Shown: piece by piece, positions 1-9,488 of the stretch
Position numbering within the stretch: position 1 is the first letter of the stretch
Layout: the number at the start of each line of letters is the position of its first letter
Assembly: GCA_965204725.1 (NCBI GenBank)
Contig: OZ242005.1
Span: forward strand, 1,248,001 to 1,312,000
Length of the DNA stretch: 64,000 nt
Reading direction: 5' to 3'
Source: Candidatus Latescibacterota bacterium
Lineage (GTDB): Bacteria > Latescibacterota > UBA2968 > UBA8231
Notes under the pieces: model-generated
What the model saw: only the letters and a program-made list of their open reading frames with translations
Told to the model about the DNA's origin: nothing
Database searches by the model: none
Made by a program: the position numbers and the translations under genes

Positions 1-1717
1 TCTACGCCCCAAGTGCTGATCGGCCAAGTCGAATCGGCGTGGATCACCAACTCGCCAGCCCGTTCGATGAGTTGCTGCACGTAGCGTTGTTTCTGGGTGT
101 GATGCTTGGCCTCATCGAACGGCTCGGCGGTCGTTACGCGGAATACCACGCCATCGGATAGCTCGGCCACGGGTTCCACCCCGGGCAGGACCCGGATGTC
201 GAGTTCGTCGAGGTCGTAAGCAGGCTTCCATTTCCTGAACCATAAGACATGTCCGCCATCGCCTTCTGTCCACTCCATTATGGCCGACGTAAAATTGTGA
301 ATAAGTGTCTCGGCTAGGAGAAGATGGTGCTCTGTCGGGGCCGCGGTCCGGCTCCAAAACCAAGCAAGGGAGGGTTTCTCACTGAAAATCTTGCCATTGA
401 TGGGATTGTCCCGGATGTAATGCAGGATATCGGACTCTTCCCAAGAGCGGCTATTGATCATCCATGGTTTGTTCCCGGCTGTCCATACTTGGCGGGTAAT
501 ATGGATATGTCTATCTACCGAGAAGCCGACGTGGGCGCAGGCCCCCAGCAAGACGAGGGACGTCAAAACGGAGCGGATGGCCCCCATCCGACCCGTCGCC
601 TCAATGGACAGGAACCGATCGAGCAGCAACACTGCCGCCAACACCAGCGGCACATACACCGGCAGCAGGTAGCGGCTGTCGATGGCCTGACCAACCGCGA
701 AGGGCACGACGACGATCATGAATACGAGGTAAGCTAGGGCGAACCCCCCGAAAGGGAGCATCGGCCCCAACCCTACGGATGGCGGCGTGACCGGGTCCGG
801 CTTATGGCTGTTACTTCGCATTCGGGGGACGCCAAGGACGACCGCTGCGAGCCCAACCAACCCGACCACTAGCCACAGCAGATACGCGACCCCATCCGGC
901 ACGTTGGGGGGGACGACCCACTCGCCGAACACCTCGACGATCTGGCTCAGTCCATCGGACAGGGACTGCCCCGACATTTCCTTCCGCCCGGTCAGAGACC
1001 CGGAGATCGCCCAATTATGAACCAGCACCCCGGCGAGGGGAACGGATGAAACGGTACCAAACGCGAGGGCGTCTTTCAACCGGGCGGCCAGCGGCGGGGT
1101 GCGCCGCACCAGCAGCAGCAGGACGCCGGTGCCGATCAGAGCCACGCCCGGATAGCGGGTCAGCGCGGCCAAGGCCGTGAGAACCGCCGCCCACCACAGG
1201 GATGTCCTCCCGCCGCGGTTGAGGAAAGACGCTAACTGGATCAAGGCGAGGAGCGTCAACAGGACGAAGAGCGGCTCGGTCAAGAAGCGCACCACGAAAT
1301 GGGTCAAGGGCAGGGAGGCCGCGATGATGGCGGTGGCGGCCAGCCCCAACAGCCGCGACCGGAGATGCGAGTGTAGATACAGGCCGGCCGCCCAGATGAT
1401 CCACCCAAAGGCGGCGGCGTGGACCCACCGACCTCCTTCCACTGGATCGATGCCGATCCCATCGAGCGCCGCCAGCAGCAGAGGGAACAAGGGCGGCCAT
1501 CCTGTCAGCGGCTTGCCCGAGTACTCCCGCCAGCCCTCGCCCGCAAGGAAGTTGCTAGCCGTAGAAAGGAAACAGACAGAGTCCCCTTCGATCACCGCGC
1601 CGTCGGTGGCGGTGCGGACGAGGATGTGGGCGGTGCCCAGCCCGGCGATAAAGACGATGAGCAGGGGGAAGGGGGTGCGCCACTTCTCCCCCCCCCCCCC
1701 CCCCCCCCCCCCCTCAT
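1..1717 (-). CDS. Multi-TM GT-C-like (ArnT/PMT/GT39-like) membrane protein, 3'-partial; ATG out of frame across a poly-G tract
   Basis: Hand translation gives an open frame from 1688 to the window start (KWRTPFPLLIVFIAGLG...GDSVCFLSTASNFLAGEG...WPPLFPLLLA...LTEPLF...TRYPG...SRYLLP), with many TM segments. Absent from the ORF track because no stop lies in the window. ATG at 1717 is one base out of frame. Confidence 0.7.
1688..1713. repeat. Poly-C/G homopolymer, 26 nt
   Basis: Counted directly; lies just after ATG-A of the minus-strand gene. Confidence 0.9.
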
Positions 1718-1800
1718 AAATGAATAAAAAACAATCACTTACGTCTCTTTATTCTTAGTAGCCAAAAATTAGTGAACGTTTGGGAAGGAATTTTTAGGGT

Positions 1801-3135
1801 TCACGGCGCGAACCGATGGACTACCGGCAACTGGGCGACGTCGGTGATGCGCGCGTCCGGGCGGTGGTAGATGTTGACGCGCCCGGTGCCGCAGTCGCCG
1901 AAATCGTCGCAGGAGAGCGGGCCGATTAGGCCCTGAAAGCCGGCCGTTGCGCTTAGTTCTTGGCGTAGCGTGGCGCGGTCGATCAACAGCTTTTCGTCCG
2001 CGACCACGGCTACTGACTCGATGGCGTGCAAAAGCAGCGTGGTCGCGTCGTAGGCATGGGCCCAAAACGTCGAGGCGGGCGCCGCGCCGTAGGTGGCTTT
2101 GTATGCGGCGAGCACGTCGTCGGCACTCTTGCCGGTGACGCCATTGACGTTCGCGCCGTGATCGATCTCCGGCCCGGTGAAGTACATGCCCTCTGCGTAC
2201 GGCTGGCTGATAAACCCCGGCACCAGCAGGGATTCGCCCACGATGAGCGTGGCGTCTGCCAATCCCGCAAACGCCCGCACCTGCTGGGTAAAGGGCACTC
2301 CTTCTATCTCAAAGAGCGGGAAGAAGATGCCGTCTGGAGCGGCGGCGGCAATTTCTGCGAGGACCCCCGTCATGTCCGTGTCGCCTTTCTGGATCTGGAG
2401 GCCGACCGCGACTTGGCCGCCGAGGGCGCGGAACGCATCGCCAAACGCGCTGACGAGGGCTGTGGTGTACGGATCGCCGTCATTGACGGTCGCTACGCGC
2501 CGCAGCCCCAGTTCGCTATAAGCAAAGTCGGCGACGGCTTGCCCCTTGTAGAGATCGTTGCCCGAAACGCGGAAATACCCGGGGTGATAGTCGGGACCGG
2601 CGTTGCCAGCGAGGTCGGACGTGAGCCGCGGTGACGTGTTGGAGGGCGAGATCATGGCCAAGCCGGCCGCGCTGAACACTGGTGAAGCGGCGACGGCCGA
2701 GCCGGAGCAGGATGTGCCAATCACGCCGATTATCTGCGGGTCCGCGCTGATCTGCTCGGCGCGGGTGCGCCCCGCATCCGGCCCACACGCGCCGTCGGCC
2801 GGCTTGCCGAGTTCGATTGCGTACCCGCGAATGCCGCCGATGTCGCGCACGGCTAACTCAATGGCGTACCGCTGGGTCGTGCCGACCGATGGCGCGATGG
2901 TGTGCGCGAGCAACGAGCGGATCTGGACGGATTCGCCGGCGCGAACCTCGACCACGCCGAGCGGGTGGATACGCGACTCGGCGCGGCCAGCGGCGGGCGA
3001 GCGGGTCCAAGTCACGCTGCTGATTACGCGCTTGGCCGCGGCTGCGGTCGGCTGGTTCGAGGAAACTGGATCGCGGTCGGAACACGCGCCTAGGGCCAAG
3101 ACGCCAGTGAGAAGAAAAAACAGAGCGAATTTCAT
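1801..3135 (-). CDS. Branched-chain amino-acid ABC transporter substrate-binding lipoprotein (LivK/LivJ-like)
   Basis: Lipobox LGAC; GVIGTSCSGS, ISPSNTSPRLT, YFRVSGND, AHAYDATTLL motifs. Confidence 0.85.
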   Translation of the reverse strand: MKFALFFLLTGVLALGACSDRDPVSSNQPTAAAAKRVISSVTWTRSPAAGRAESRIHPLGVVEVRAGESVQIRSLLAHTIAPSVGTTQRYAIELAVRDIGGIRGYAIELGKPADGACGPDAGRTRAEQISADPQIIGVIGTSCSGSAVAASPVFSAAGLAMISPSNTSPRLTSDLAGNAGPDYHPGYFRVSGNDLYKGQAVADFAYSELGLRRVATVNDGDPYTTALVSAFGDAFRALGGQVAVGLQIQKGDTDMTGVLAEIAAAAPDGIFFPLFEIEGVPFTQQVRAFAGLADATLIVGESLLVPGFISQPYAEGMYFTGPEIDHGANVNGVTGKSADDVLAAYKATYGAAPASTFWAHAYDATTLLLHAIESVAVVADEKLLIDRATLRQELSATAGFQGLIGPLSCDDFGDCGTGRVNIYHRPDARITDVAQLPVVHRFAP

Positions 3136-3186
3136 AGGACCTCCTTTGTAAGGTAGTAGGCTTGCGGCGCGGCCCGCGAGCTTCCG

Positions 3187-4539
3187 TCAATCATCGTGCG
3201 CTGGATGGATGCCCAAAAACTCGCGGGCCGGGTGGTGCGGCTCCGAGGGCGAGAGGGCATCGGGATCGTTGACTACTGCGGTAGCGGGCGGCACTATGGG
3301 GCGTCCGTGGGCGAGGGGATCATCGGTATTTTGCATCCATTGGTCGAGGCGCTGGCGCAGCTCGGCTAGACGATCTTGGCAGTTGGGGTCTGCGGCCAAG
3401 TTGTGGGTTTCGTGCGGGTTGAAGACCAAGTCGTAGAGTCGTTCGCGCTCTAGGGGGCGTTGCCGCCAGCCTTGGTCGATAAAATAGTCTTTGGTCGGGC
3501 TGTCGTCGCAGTTGGGCATGACGGGATATTGGCGTTGGTCGAAGCGGCGGATGTACTTGAAGCGCGGTGTGCGGATGCAGCGTTGGAATTCGCAGTAGGT
3601 GTGGTAGTTTACTTCGGCGAAAATTTCGCGGCGGATTGCCCGCGTCTGGCCAGTTATCAGGGGCAGCAGGGAGGTGCCCTGCACGTGATCGGGCGCGGGA
3701 ACCCCGGCTAGGGCGCAGACCGTTGGATAGATATCGACTTGGCTGACCAAGGCGTCGATGAGTTGGCCGCCACTGAAGTTGCCCGGGCCGCGCAGCACGA
3801 GCATGACGCCGAGGCCGTGGTCGGTGAGGTTGCACTTCATGGTGGGGAAGGCTAGGCCGTGGTCCGTGGTGCATATAACCAAGGTGTTGTCGGCCAAGCC
3901 GTTGTCGCGCAACGCGGCAAAGACTCGGCCCATTTTGGCGTCGAGGGTGCGAGCCGCGTCGATGTATGCGGCCATGTCGCGGCGAGTCTCGGGCGTATCG
4001 GGAAAGGGCGCGGGAGGCCGCACATAGCGCGGATCGGTGGGATCTTCGCCTTGGGGCGGGGGCGCGAAACCGCGTCCTTGGCGATGGGTTTCGCCAAAGC
4101 CCACGTCCAAATAGAAGGGCACTCGATGCTCTTCGGCCAAAAAGGCCGCGGCCCGCTCCTCGGTTTGGCTCGCGGGTGCTTCCTCGTTCAACAAGCGGGT
4201 GAATCCGCCGTCGGCGATGTCGGCGACCACGTGCTGGAAGCCGGCCAGGGCCGTGGTGTAGCCGGCCTTTTGTAGGGTATGGGTCAGGAGCCGCTCGGGA
4301 TGGGGCAACGTCCAGCCTCGATTGACCAAGCCGGTCATACCGCAGGAATGGGCCCACTGGCCGGTGAGCAAGCAGGCGCGGCTGGGCGAGCAGGTGGGGT
4401 TGGCGCAAAAGGCCTGGCGAAAGAGGACGCCTTCCTCGGCTAACTGCTGGATATGGGGCGTGGGTATGGCGTGGCCATAGGGTTGGACGTAGCGGCCAGT
4501 GTCGTGCGAGTGGATATAGACGATATTGGGTGCTGGCAT
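3187..4539 (-). CDS. Sulfatase (N-sulfoglucosamine sulfohydrolase-like)
   Basis: PNIVYIHSHD, CSPSRACLLTG formylglycine motif, TTDHG, LYDL...P.E..NLA. Start taken at MPAPNI. Confidence 0.92.
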   Translation of the reverse strand: MPAPNIVYIHSHDTGRYVQPYGHAIPTPHIQQLAEEGVLFRQAFCANPTCSPSRACLLTGQWAHSCGMTGLVNRGWTLPHPERLLTHTLQKAGYTTALAGFQHVVADIADGGFTRLLNEEAPASQTEERAAAFLAEEHRVPFYLDVGFGETHRQGRGFAPPPQGEDPTDPRYVRPPAPFPDTPETRRDMAAYIDAARTLDAKMGRVFAALRDNGLADNTLVICTTDHGLAFPTMKCNLTDHGLGVMLVLRGPGNFSGGQLIDALVSQVDIYPTVCALAGVPAPDHVQGTSLLPLITGQTRAIRREIFAEVNYHTYCEFQRCIRTPRFKYIRRFDQRQYPVMPNCDDSPTKDYFIDQGWRQRPLERERLYDLVFNPHETHNLAADPNCQDRLAELRQRLDQWMQNTDDPLAHGRPIVPPATAVVNDPDALSPSEPHHPAREFLGIHPAHDD

Positions 4540-4757
4540 GGAATCCTGTCTGGGCAAAAAGACTGCGCCCGCGGGCGAGCGGGTTCCTTTGTTTAGTGAG
4601 AATAAGATACGCCCGGTTCTGCAAAAAATCTATCCGCCAAGCCCGCCCTGAAAGCGCACTTGGTCGTCCCAATAGGATGCTAAACGCAGAGATTGACAGA
4701 CCAAAGCTGCCAAACGTAGCTTAGAGCCCAAACGAACCTCTGTCGAAAGGCAAAAAA

Positions 4758-5936
4758 ATGACTACCGATCAATCACCAGCGCAGGAGACGTACCGAGCCA
4801 CGTCCTTTGCCGACGCCAAGCCCGAACTCGCTGCTCCCGGGGCCACGCCCGAGCGATTGGCCCACTTGCAGGAGCATGGCTTTGTCATCATCACCGACTT
4901 TGTCGATAACCCGTGGATTCCCATTCTGCGCGAGGCGGGCCGCCGCGTCACCGAAGCCTGTGCGCCCGAGCACGGCTACAGCAAGCTCGACTGCTCAAAG
5001 GGCTATGTGCATCGGGCGGGCGGCGATGAGCCGTGGGCGATTCGGGGCCTCATCCATCCCGCTTTTGCGGAGCCTTGCTTTGCCGAGTTCCACGGCTCGG
5101 ACGATTTCCTAAACTTCGTCGCCTCTTGGTGCGATGGACTGGGCCCAGAGGATATGGTGATGAGCGGGATGCTACTGTGGTGCAATCCCCGGCGGCATGA
5201 GAATGGGCCTAGTTGGCACCGCGACGTGACGTGGTGGGGCACGGGCAAGCCCTATTTTTCGCAGCGAGACAACCGAGGGGAGTGCGTGGAGGATTATTCC
5301 GAGGAAGTCGAAAAAACTCGCTGGCAGGAAATCCGCGCCAACAACGCCCAGTCGATCGCTGAGCGGAACGGCGTGAGCATGTTTTTGGCGCTGGTTGACG
5401 ACGAGTGCCACGAGCTCATCCCCGGCAGCCACGATCGCTGGCGCACGCCGTTTGAGCACGACGTGCTCCTGCCGCAAGCGATGAAGGACCGAGGGGTGCC
5501 CCACACGCCGAGTTGGAACCGGGTGGACCCGTTGCCGGGCCAAGTGGCGATCCGGCTCAAGCCCGGGGAAGCCCTCATCCGCAATGGGGTCACGATCCAC
5601 ACCGGGCACACCGTCCCCGAGCGCGAGCGCAACACCTTGTCCATCGGCTGGTCGAAGTGGTCGGGTCCGTTCACTGGCGAGCCATCGGTAGCGGACGCGC
5701 GCAGTGCGTGGCAACTCGATCCCGCGGTGCGCACGGCCTTGCCGCACGAGTGGATGAAGACGGCTTGGGACCGTTGGGCCGCAACCCAAAAACTGGGGGA
5801 TACGCTAGAAGACCGCTACGCTGGGTTTGATATTCAACGGATCAAAGCAGGAGAAGTAGCGGGTTGGCGCAGCGAGTTGGAGCGCCAAGCGGCGGCAGCG
5901 GGCGAATCGTGGGAGCCGTTTCAAACGGTGGCGTGA
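4758..5936 (+). CDS. Phytanoyl-CoA dioxygenase (PhyH) family Fe(II)/2-oxoglutarate oxygenase
   Basis: LQEHGFVII, WHRD, LIPGSH, LKPGEAL...IHTG. Confidence 0.8.
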   Translation: MTTDQSPAQETYRATSFADAKPELAAPGATPERLAHLQEHGFVIITDFVDNPWIPILREAGRRVTEACAPEHGYSKLDCSKGYVHRAGGDEPWAIRGLIHPAFAEPCFAEFHGSDDFLNFVASWCDGLGPEDMVMSGMLLWCNPRRHENGPSWHRDVTWWGTGKPYFSQRDNRGECVEDYSEEVEKTRWQEIRANNAQSIAERNGVSMFLALVDDECHELIPGSHDRWRTPFEHDVLLPQAMKDRGVPHTPSWNRVDPLPGQVAIRLKPGEALIRNGVTIHTGHTVPERERNTLSIGWSKWSGPFTGEPSVADARSAWQLDPAVRTALPHEWMKTAWDRWAATQKLGDTLEDRYAGFDIQRIKAGEVAGWRSELERQAAAAGESWEPFQTVA

Positions 5937-5938
5937 GA

Positions 5939-7264
5939 ATGCACTTAAAAAGCATAACGCTAAAAAACTTTAGATGCTTTGATGAACTACGCCTTGAGCT
6001 GCATCCGCGCCTCACGGTTTTAGTCGCCGACAACGACGGGGGAAAGACCAGTGTCCTCGATGCAATAGCAGTGGGACTTTCCCCGGTGTTGCGCTACCTC
6101 TCTACGGCGGATCAACGGTTGTCTGGCCGGGGTATTGCCGATAGAGATTTACTGCTAGGTCGAAATAATAAACGTTGGATGGCTAGTGATTACACGCAGA
6201 TTTTCGTCGAAACAACGAAGAGCCTAACGTGGGATGTTTGTCGATCCTCTGTCCGAGGTAAACAACGAACCTCCAGAGTTGGGCAGAGCGAACTGAAGGA
6301 TTACTGCAATGCGGTACTCAATAGCCTAAAATCGGAAGACCGCGAGCCATTGCCTATTTTTGCCTATTACGGTGCTCGTCGTGGATGGATTAAAAGAAAA
6401 AATAGTGAGTCGAAGGTTAATTACACTCAGCCTACTTCAGCCTTAGTCGGGGCGTTGGAATCTCTCGGTGATTACACAGAGATGGTGAAATGGTTCTACC
6501 GTGAAGAAAATTCTGAACTGCGAAAGAATAAAGGCAGAACTCCTGAAAATTTCTCTGAATCTCCTGCACTTTCTGTGATCCGAGCGGCAATCAAGATGAT
6601 ACTGGGAAGCGATTACAAAGACCCTCATTTTAACAGCAAAAACCAGTTTGTAGTCAAAGTGAAAGATGGGCCACAAGAGCTACAAATTTCTCAATTGAGC
6701 CAAGGGTACCAGAGTATGTTTGCGTTGGCTATGGACTTTGCCCGCCGCTTAGCCATAGGCAACAGTCATAGGTTTTCTACTCAAGAACAACTGGGTGGAT
6801 TGGGATATACATCTGCCATTATGCTCGTGGATGAAATCGACCTGCACCTGCATCCCTCTTGGCAGCAACGCGTCCTCAGCGATTTAATGCAGACCTTTCC
6901 GAATACCCAATTTATTGTCACAACCCACAGCCCACAGGTACTTACTACAGTCAAAAGCGAGAGTATTCGCATTCTTACCAAAGACCGGGAAGGTAAGTGG
7001 ATGGCTAGCACCCCGGCGGAGCAAACTCGGGGCGTCGAAAGTGCCGACGCGCTTAGCGTTATGGGAGTAGATCCTGTGCCGCCCGTTGAGGAGGCCAAGC
7101 AGCTAGAGAACTACCGTGCTCTGATCGAAAATAGCGAACATAGAACCGCGGAAGGACAATCATTGAGAAATGCGATTGTACAACATTTTGGTGCAGACCA
7201 TCCGCTGATTAGAGATTGCGACAGGCTAATTCGTTTTCAGGAGTTCAAACGACGGCAAAGCTAA
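5939..7264 (+). CDS. ptuA: ABC-type ATPase, Septu/retron-Ec78 effector PtuA-like
   Basis: MHLKSITLKNFRCF start; Walker A variant ADNDGGKTS; QLSQGYQ signature; VDEIDLHLHPSWQQ; TTHSPQVL; TRGVESADAL..MGVDPVP C-terminus; followed by a PtuB-like start. Visibly AT-richer than its flanks. Confidence 0.8.
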   Translation: MHLKSITLKNFRCFDELRLELHPRLTVLVADNDGGKTSVLDAIAVGLSPVLRYLSTADQRLSGRGIADRDLLLGRNNKRWMASDYTQIFVETTKSLTWDVCRSSVRGKQRTSRVGQSELKDYCNAVLNSLKSEDREPLPIFAYYGARRGWIKRKNSESKVNYTQPTSALVGALESLGDYTEMVKWFYREENSELRKNKGRTPENFSESPALSVIRAAIKMILGSDYKDPHFNSKNQFVVKVKDGPQELQISQLSQGYQSMFALAMDFARRLAIGNSHRFSTQEQLGGLGYTSAIMLVDEIDLHLHPSWQQRVLSDLMQTFPNTQFIVTTHSPQVLTTVKSESIRILTKDREGKWMASTPAEQTRGVESADALSVMGVDPVPPVEEAKQLENYRALIENSEHRTAEGQSLRNAIVQHFGADHPLIRDCDRLIRFQEFKRRQS

Positions 7265-7267
7265 ATC

Positions 7268-7441
7268 ATGCACAAGTTAGACAGGTCTGCTGTAGCAGCA
7301 CCGACATGTCTTGCATCCTATAACTATCCGCAGAATACTTGGGAAGATGTGTCGTCGCCCGATAAACGTCAGATTCGGAACAGTCTCAAAAAAATGCAGG
7401 ATTATCGGTGCGCCTACTGTGAAGGCGCGATGCCATACTGA
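7268..7441 (+). pseudogene. ptuB: Truncated PtuB-like HNH endonuclease (57 aa N-terminal fragment)
   Basis: Hand translation MHKLDRSAVAAPTCLASYNYPQNTWEDVSSPDKRQIRNSLKKMQDYRCAYCEGAMPY*. The CAYCE zinc knuckle is present, the HNH catalytic part is missing, and the end overlaps the convergent MFS gene. Confidence 0.75.
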
Positions 7442-8715
7442 CGCAGCGTATCCGCTAAGGTCGGCCGGCCGAGGCGGATGCGATCGTCGCTCAGCAAATA
7501 CGAGAATACATAGCCAAGCCCGAGCATCAGAATCCCGATCAGGAAGCAATAGATGAACGCCCGGTCGGGGTATTGATCCTTGAGATACCCCACGTACAGC
7601 GGGCCGCAAATTCCCGCCGCCGCCCAAGCCGTCAAAATGGTCCCGTAGATCGTGGACATCTTTTGCGGGCCAAACACATCGAGGACGAAGGAGGGCATGG
7701 TGGCAAAGCCCCCGCCAAAGCACAAGAGGACATAACAAACGAGCACGGAAAAGACCCAAGGGTTGCGCTCGGTCATCAAAATGCCAAAGACGACCATCTG
7801 ACTGGCGAGCAAAATTCTGAAGACCCGGACGCGGCCCAGCCGATCGGATAGCAACCCCCAAAACAGCCGGCCCACGCCATTGCACAGCGAACTGATGGCG
7901 ATCAGCGTCGCCCCGTATTCGGCCAGCGTCGCCGGCTCCACCGCCGGATCGGCCAAGCTCCAAACTTCCTGCAAGAGTTCCGACTGAAAGCTGATGACCG
8001 AGATGCCGGCGGCGATATTGAAGAAGAAGACGATCCACATGAGGACGAACTCAGAGGATCGCAGATACGGCGCGACCGAGTCGGACTCGTCGCTGGGCGT
8101 CGGTTCGGCCACCGCTCCGGTGGTGACCGGGGGATTGCTCAACAGCAAGCTACAGGGGAGCAGGACGGCGGCGAAGATCACCCCCAGCCCCAAGAAGATG
8201 CGGGACAAATCGCCGGCGAGGTGGGCTACGAGCAGCGGGGCCAAGCCCTTGCTCAACAGAAACGCGCCGACCCCAAACCCCATCACGACGATCCCGGTCG
8301 CCAAGCCCTTTTTGTCTGGAAACCACTTGGCCACCGTCGCCACTGGCGTGACGTAGCCCAGCCCGATGCCCGCCCCGCCGATGACGCCGTACCCCACGTA
8401 AAACAGCGGGAGATAATCTAGGTGCAGGGCCAGACCCGCCAGCAGATAGCCGCTCGAAAACATGAGGCTACCGGCCACGGCCAAGCGCCGCGGTCCGACT
8501 CGCGGCAACAGGGCACCGGCCCAAGCCGCTGAGGTGCCCAGCGAAAAGATCGCCAAGCTGAAAGCCCAAGCCGTTTCGGTGAACGACCAACCGAGTTGCC
8601 GGACCAAGAGCGTTTGAAAGAAACTCCACGCGTACACCGTCCCAAAACAGACCTGTAGGAACGTGCAGAATAGAGCCGTCATCGAGCGCGGAATCAGTGC
8701 TCTTTGTTGCGCCAT
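7414..8715 (-). CDS. OFA family (oxalate/formate antiporter-like) MFS transporter
   Basis: GTVYAWS, GIGLGYVTPVATVAKWFPDKKGLATG, NGVGRLFWGLLSDRLGR, FGGGFATMPS; about 12 TM. Confidence 0.9.
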   Translation of the reverse strand: MAQQRALIPRSMTALFCTFLQVCFGTVYAWSFFQTLLVRQLGWSFTETAWAFSLAIFSLGTSAAWAGALLPRVGPRRLAVAGSLMFSSGYLLAGLALHLDYLPLFYVGYGVIGGAGIGLGYVTPVATVAKWFPDKKGLATGIVVMGFGVGAFLLSKGLAPLLVAHLAGDLSRIFLGLGVIFAAVLLPCSLLLSNPPVTTGAVAEPTPSDESDSVAPYLRSSEFVLMWIVFFFNIAAGISVISFQSELLQEVWSLADPAVEPATLAEYGATLIAISSLCNGVGRLFWGLLSDRLGRVRVFRILLASQMVVFGILMTERNPWVFSVLVCYVLLCFGGGFATMPSFVLDVFGPQKMSTIYGTILTAWAAAGICGPLYVGYLKDQYPDRAFIYCFLIGILMLGLGYVFSYLLSDDRIRLGRPTLADTLRQYGIAPSQ

Positions 8716-8762
8716 TTCCTAGACCTCAATCGCCAATCGCTTGCCAGTTTCCCCGCCGCATT

Positions 8763-9488
8763 TTAAGACGGCTTTTCAGGCGGCGGGTGCGGCCCCCTTC
8801 CGGCGACATAGAGGAAGAGTCGAGCTAGGTGGCCAACTTCGTCGTCGCGCGCCAGCAGGTTGTCGTCGGCCGCCTCTCCATCGCGCGCCATGCCCACGGC
8901 ATAGCTCAAGAGCGCGCCCAGCGGTCGGGCCGCCAGATTGACCAACCATATAGCGGCAAAGACGCCGCCGACGAGGATGATGGAAAAAAGGTACACCTGC
9001 TGGCCGATTGCGCGTTGAATTTTTAGCGCGATCAGCCCGGTGTCCATGCCCACGTGAACCGTCCCGGCAACGCCGACGAGAATCGGACTGCCCACTTCGA
9101 CAAAATCGCCCATCCCCGGCAAGCTGCGCTCAACCGTGTCCATGTTGAACGGGTCGCTGGCGCGAATTTCTGCGGGAATGCCCGGCACAAAGGTATGGGC
9201 GAGAAACTCGCCGGCTTCGTCGGTGATGTAGATGTATTTTATGCCCTGAATCTCCACGAACTGATCGATGAGCGACTGCAAGGCCGACAAGTCGCGATTT
9301 AGGAGAATCTCGACGCTCGAATCGGCGATGGTCTTGGCGATGTCGCGGCTGTTGCTCTCGTATTCGGCCGACAGGTGCGTATCGACCGTATAGACGCACA
9401 GAATGGAGGTCGATAGGCCGATTAAGCCAAACAGGGCAAAGACGCCGAACAGCGTTTTTTTGAATAGCTTTTGGACTTTTATCATCAT
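8763..9488 (-). CDS. Two-TM sensor-like protein ending in a HAMP domain, no output domain
   Basis: TM, periplasmic domain (YIYITDEAGEFLAHTF), TM, then RPL..L...DDEVGHLARLF; stop follows shortly. Confidence 0.7.
   Translation of the reverse strand: MMIKVQKLFKKTLFGVFALFGLIGLSTSILCVYTVDTHLSAEYESNSRDIAKTIADSSVEILLNRDLSALQSLIDQFVEIQGIKYIYITDEAGEFLAHTFVPGIPAEIRASDPFNMDTVERSLPGMGDFVEVGSPILVGVAGTVHVGMDTGLIALKIQRAIGQQVYLFSIILVGGVFAAIWLVNLAARPLGALLSYAVGMARDGEAADDNLLARDDEVGHLARLFLYVAGRGPHPPPEKPS

Noticed and set aside
1177-1727. Plus-strand ORFs ending in poly-proline
   Set aside because: Antisense shadows of the GT-C-like gene; the prolines come from the poly-C tract.
5700-5940. Retron RT or msr-msd upstream of ptuA
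   Set aside because: The region is phyH coding sequence; no RT-like ORF (YADD-type motif) was recognised in the window.
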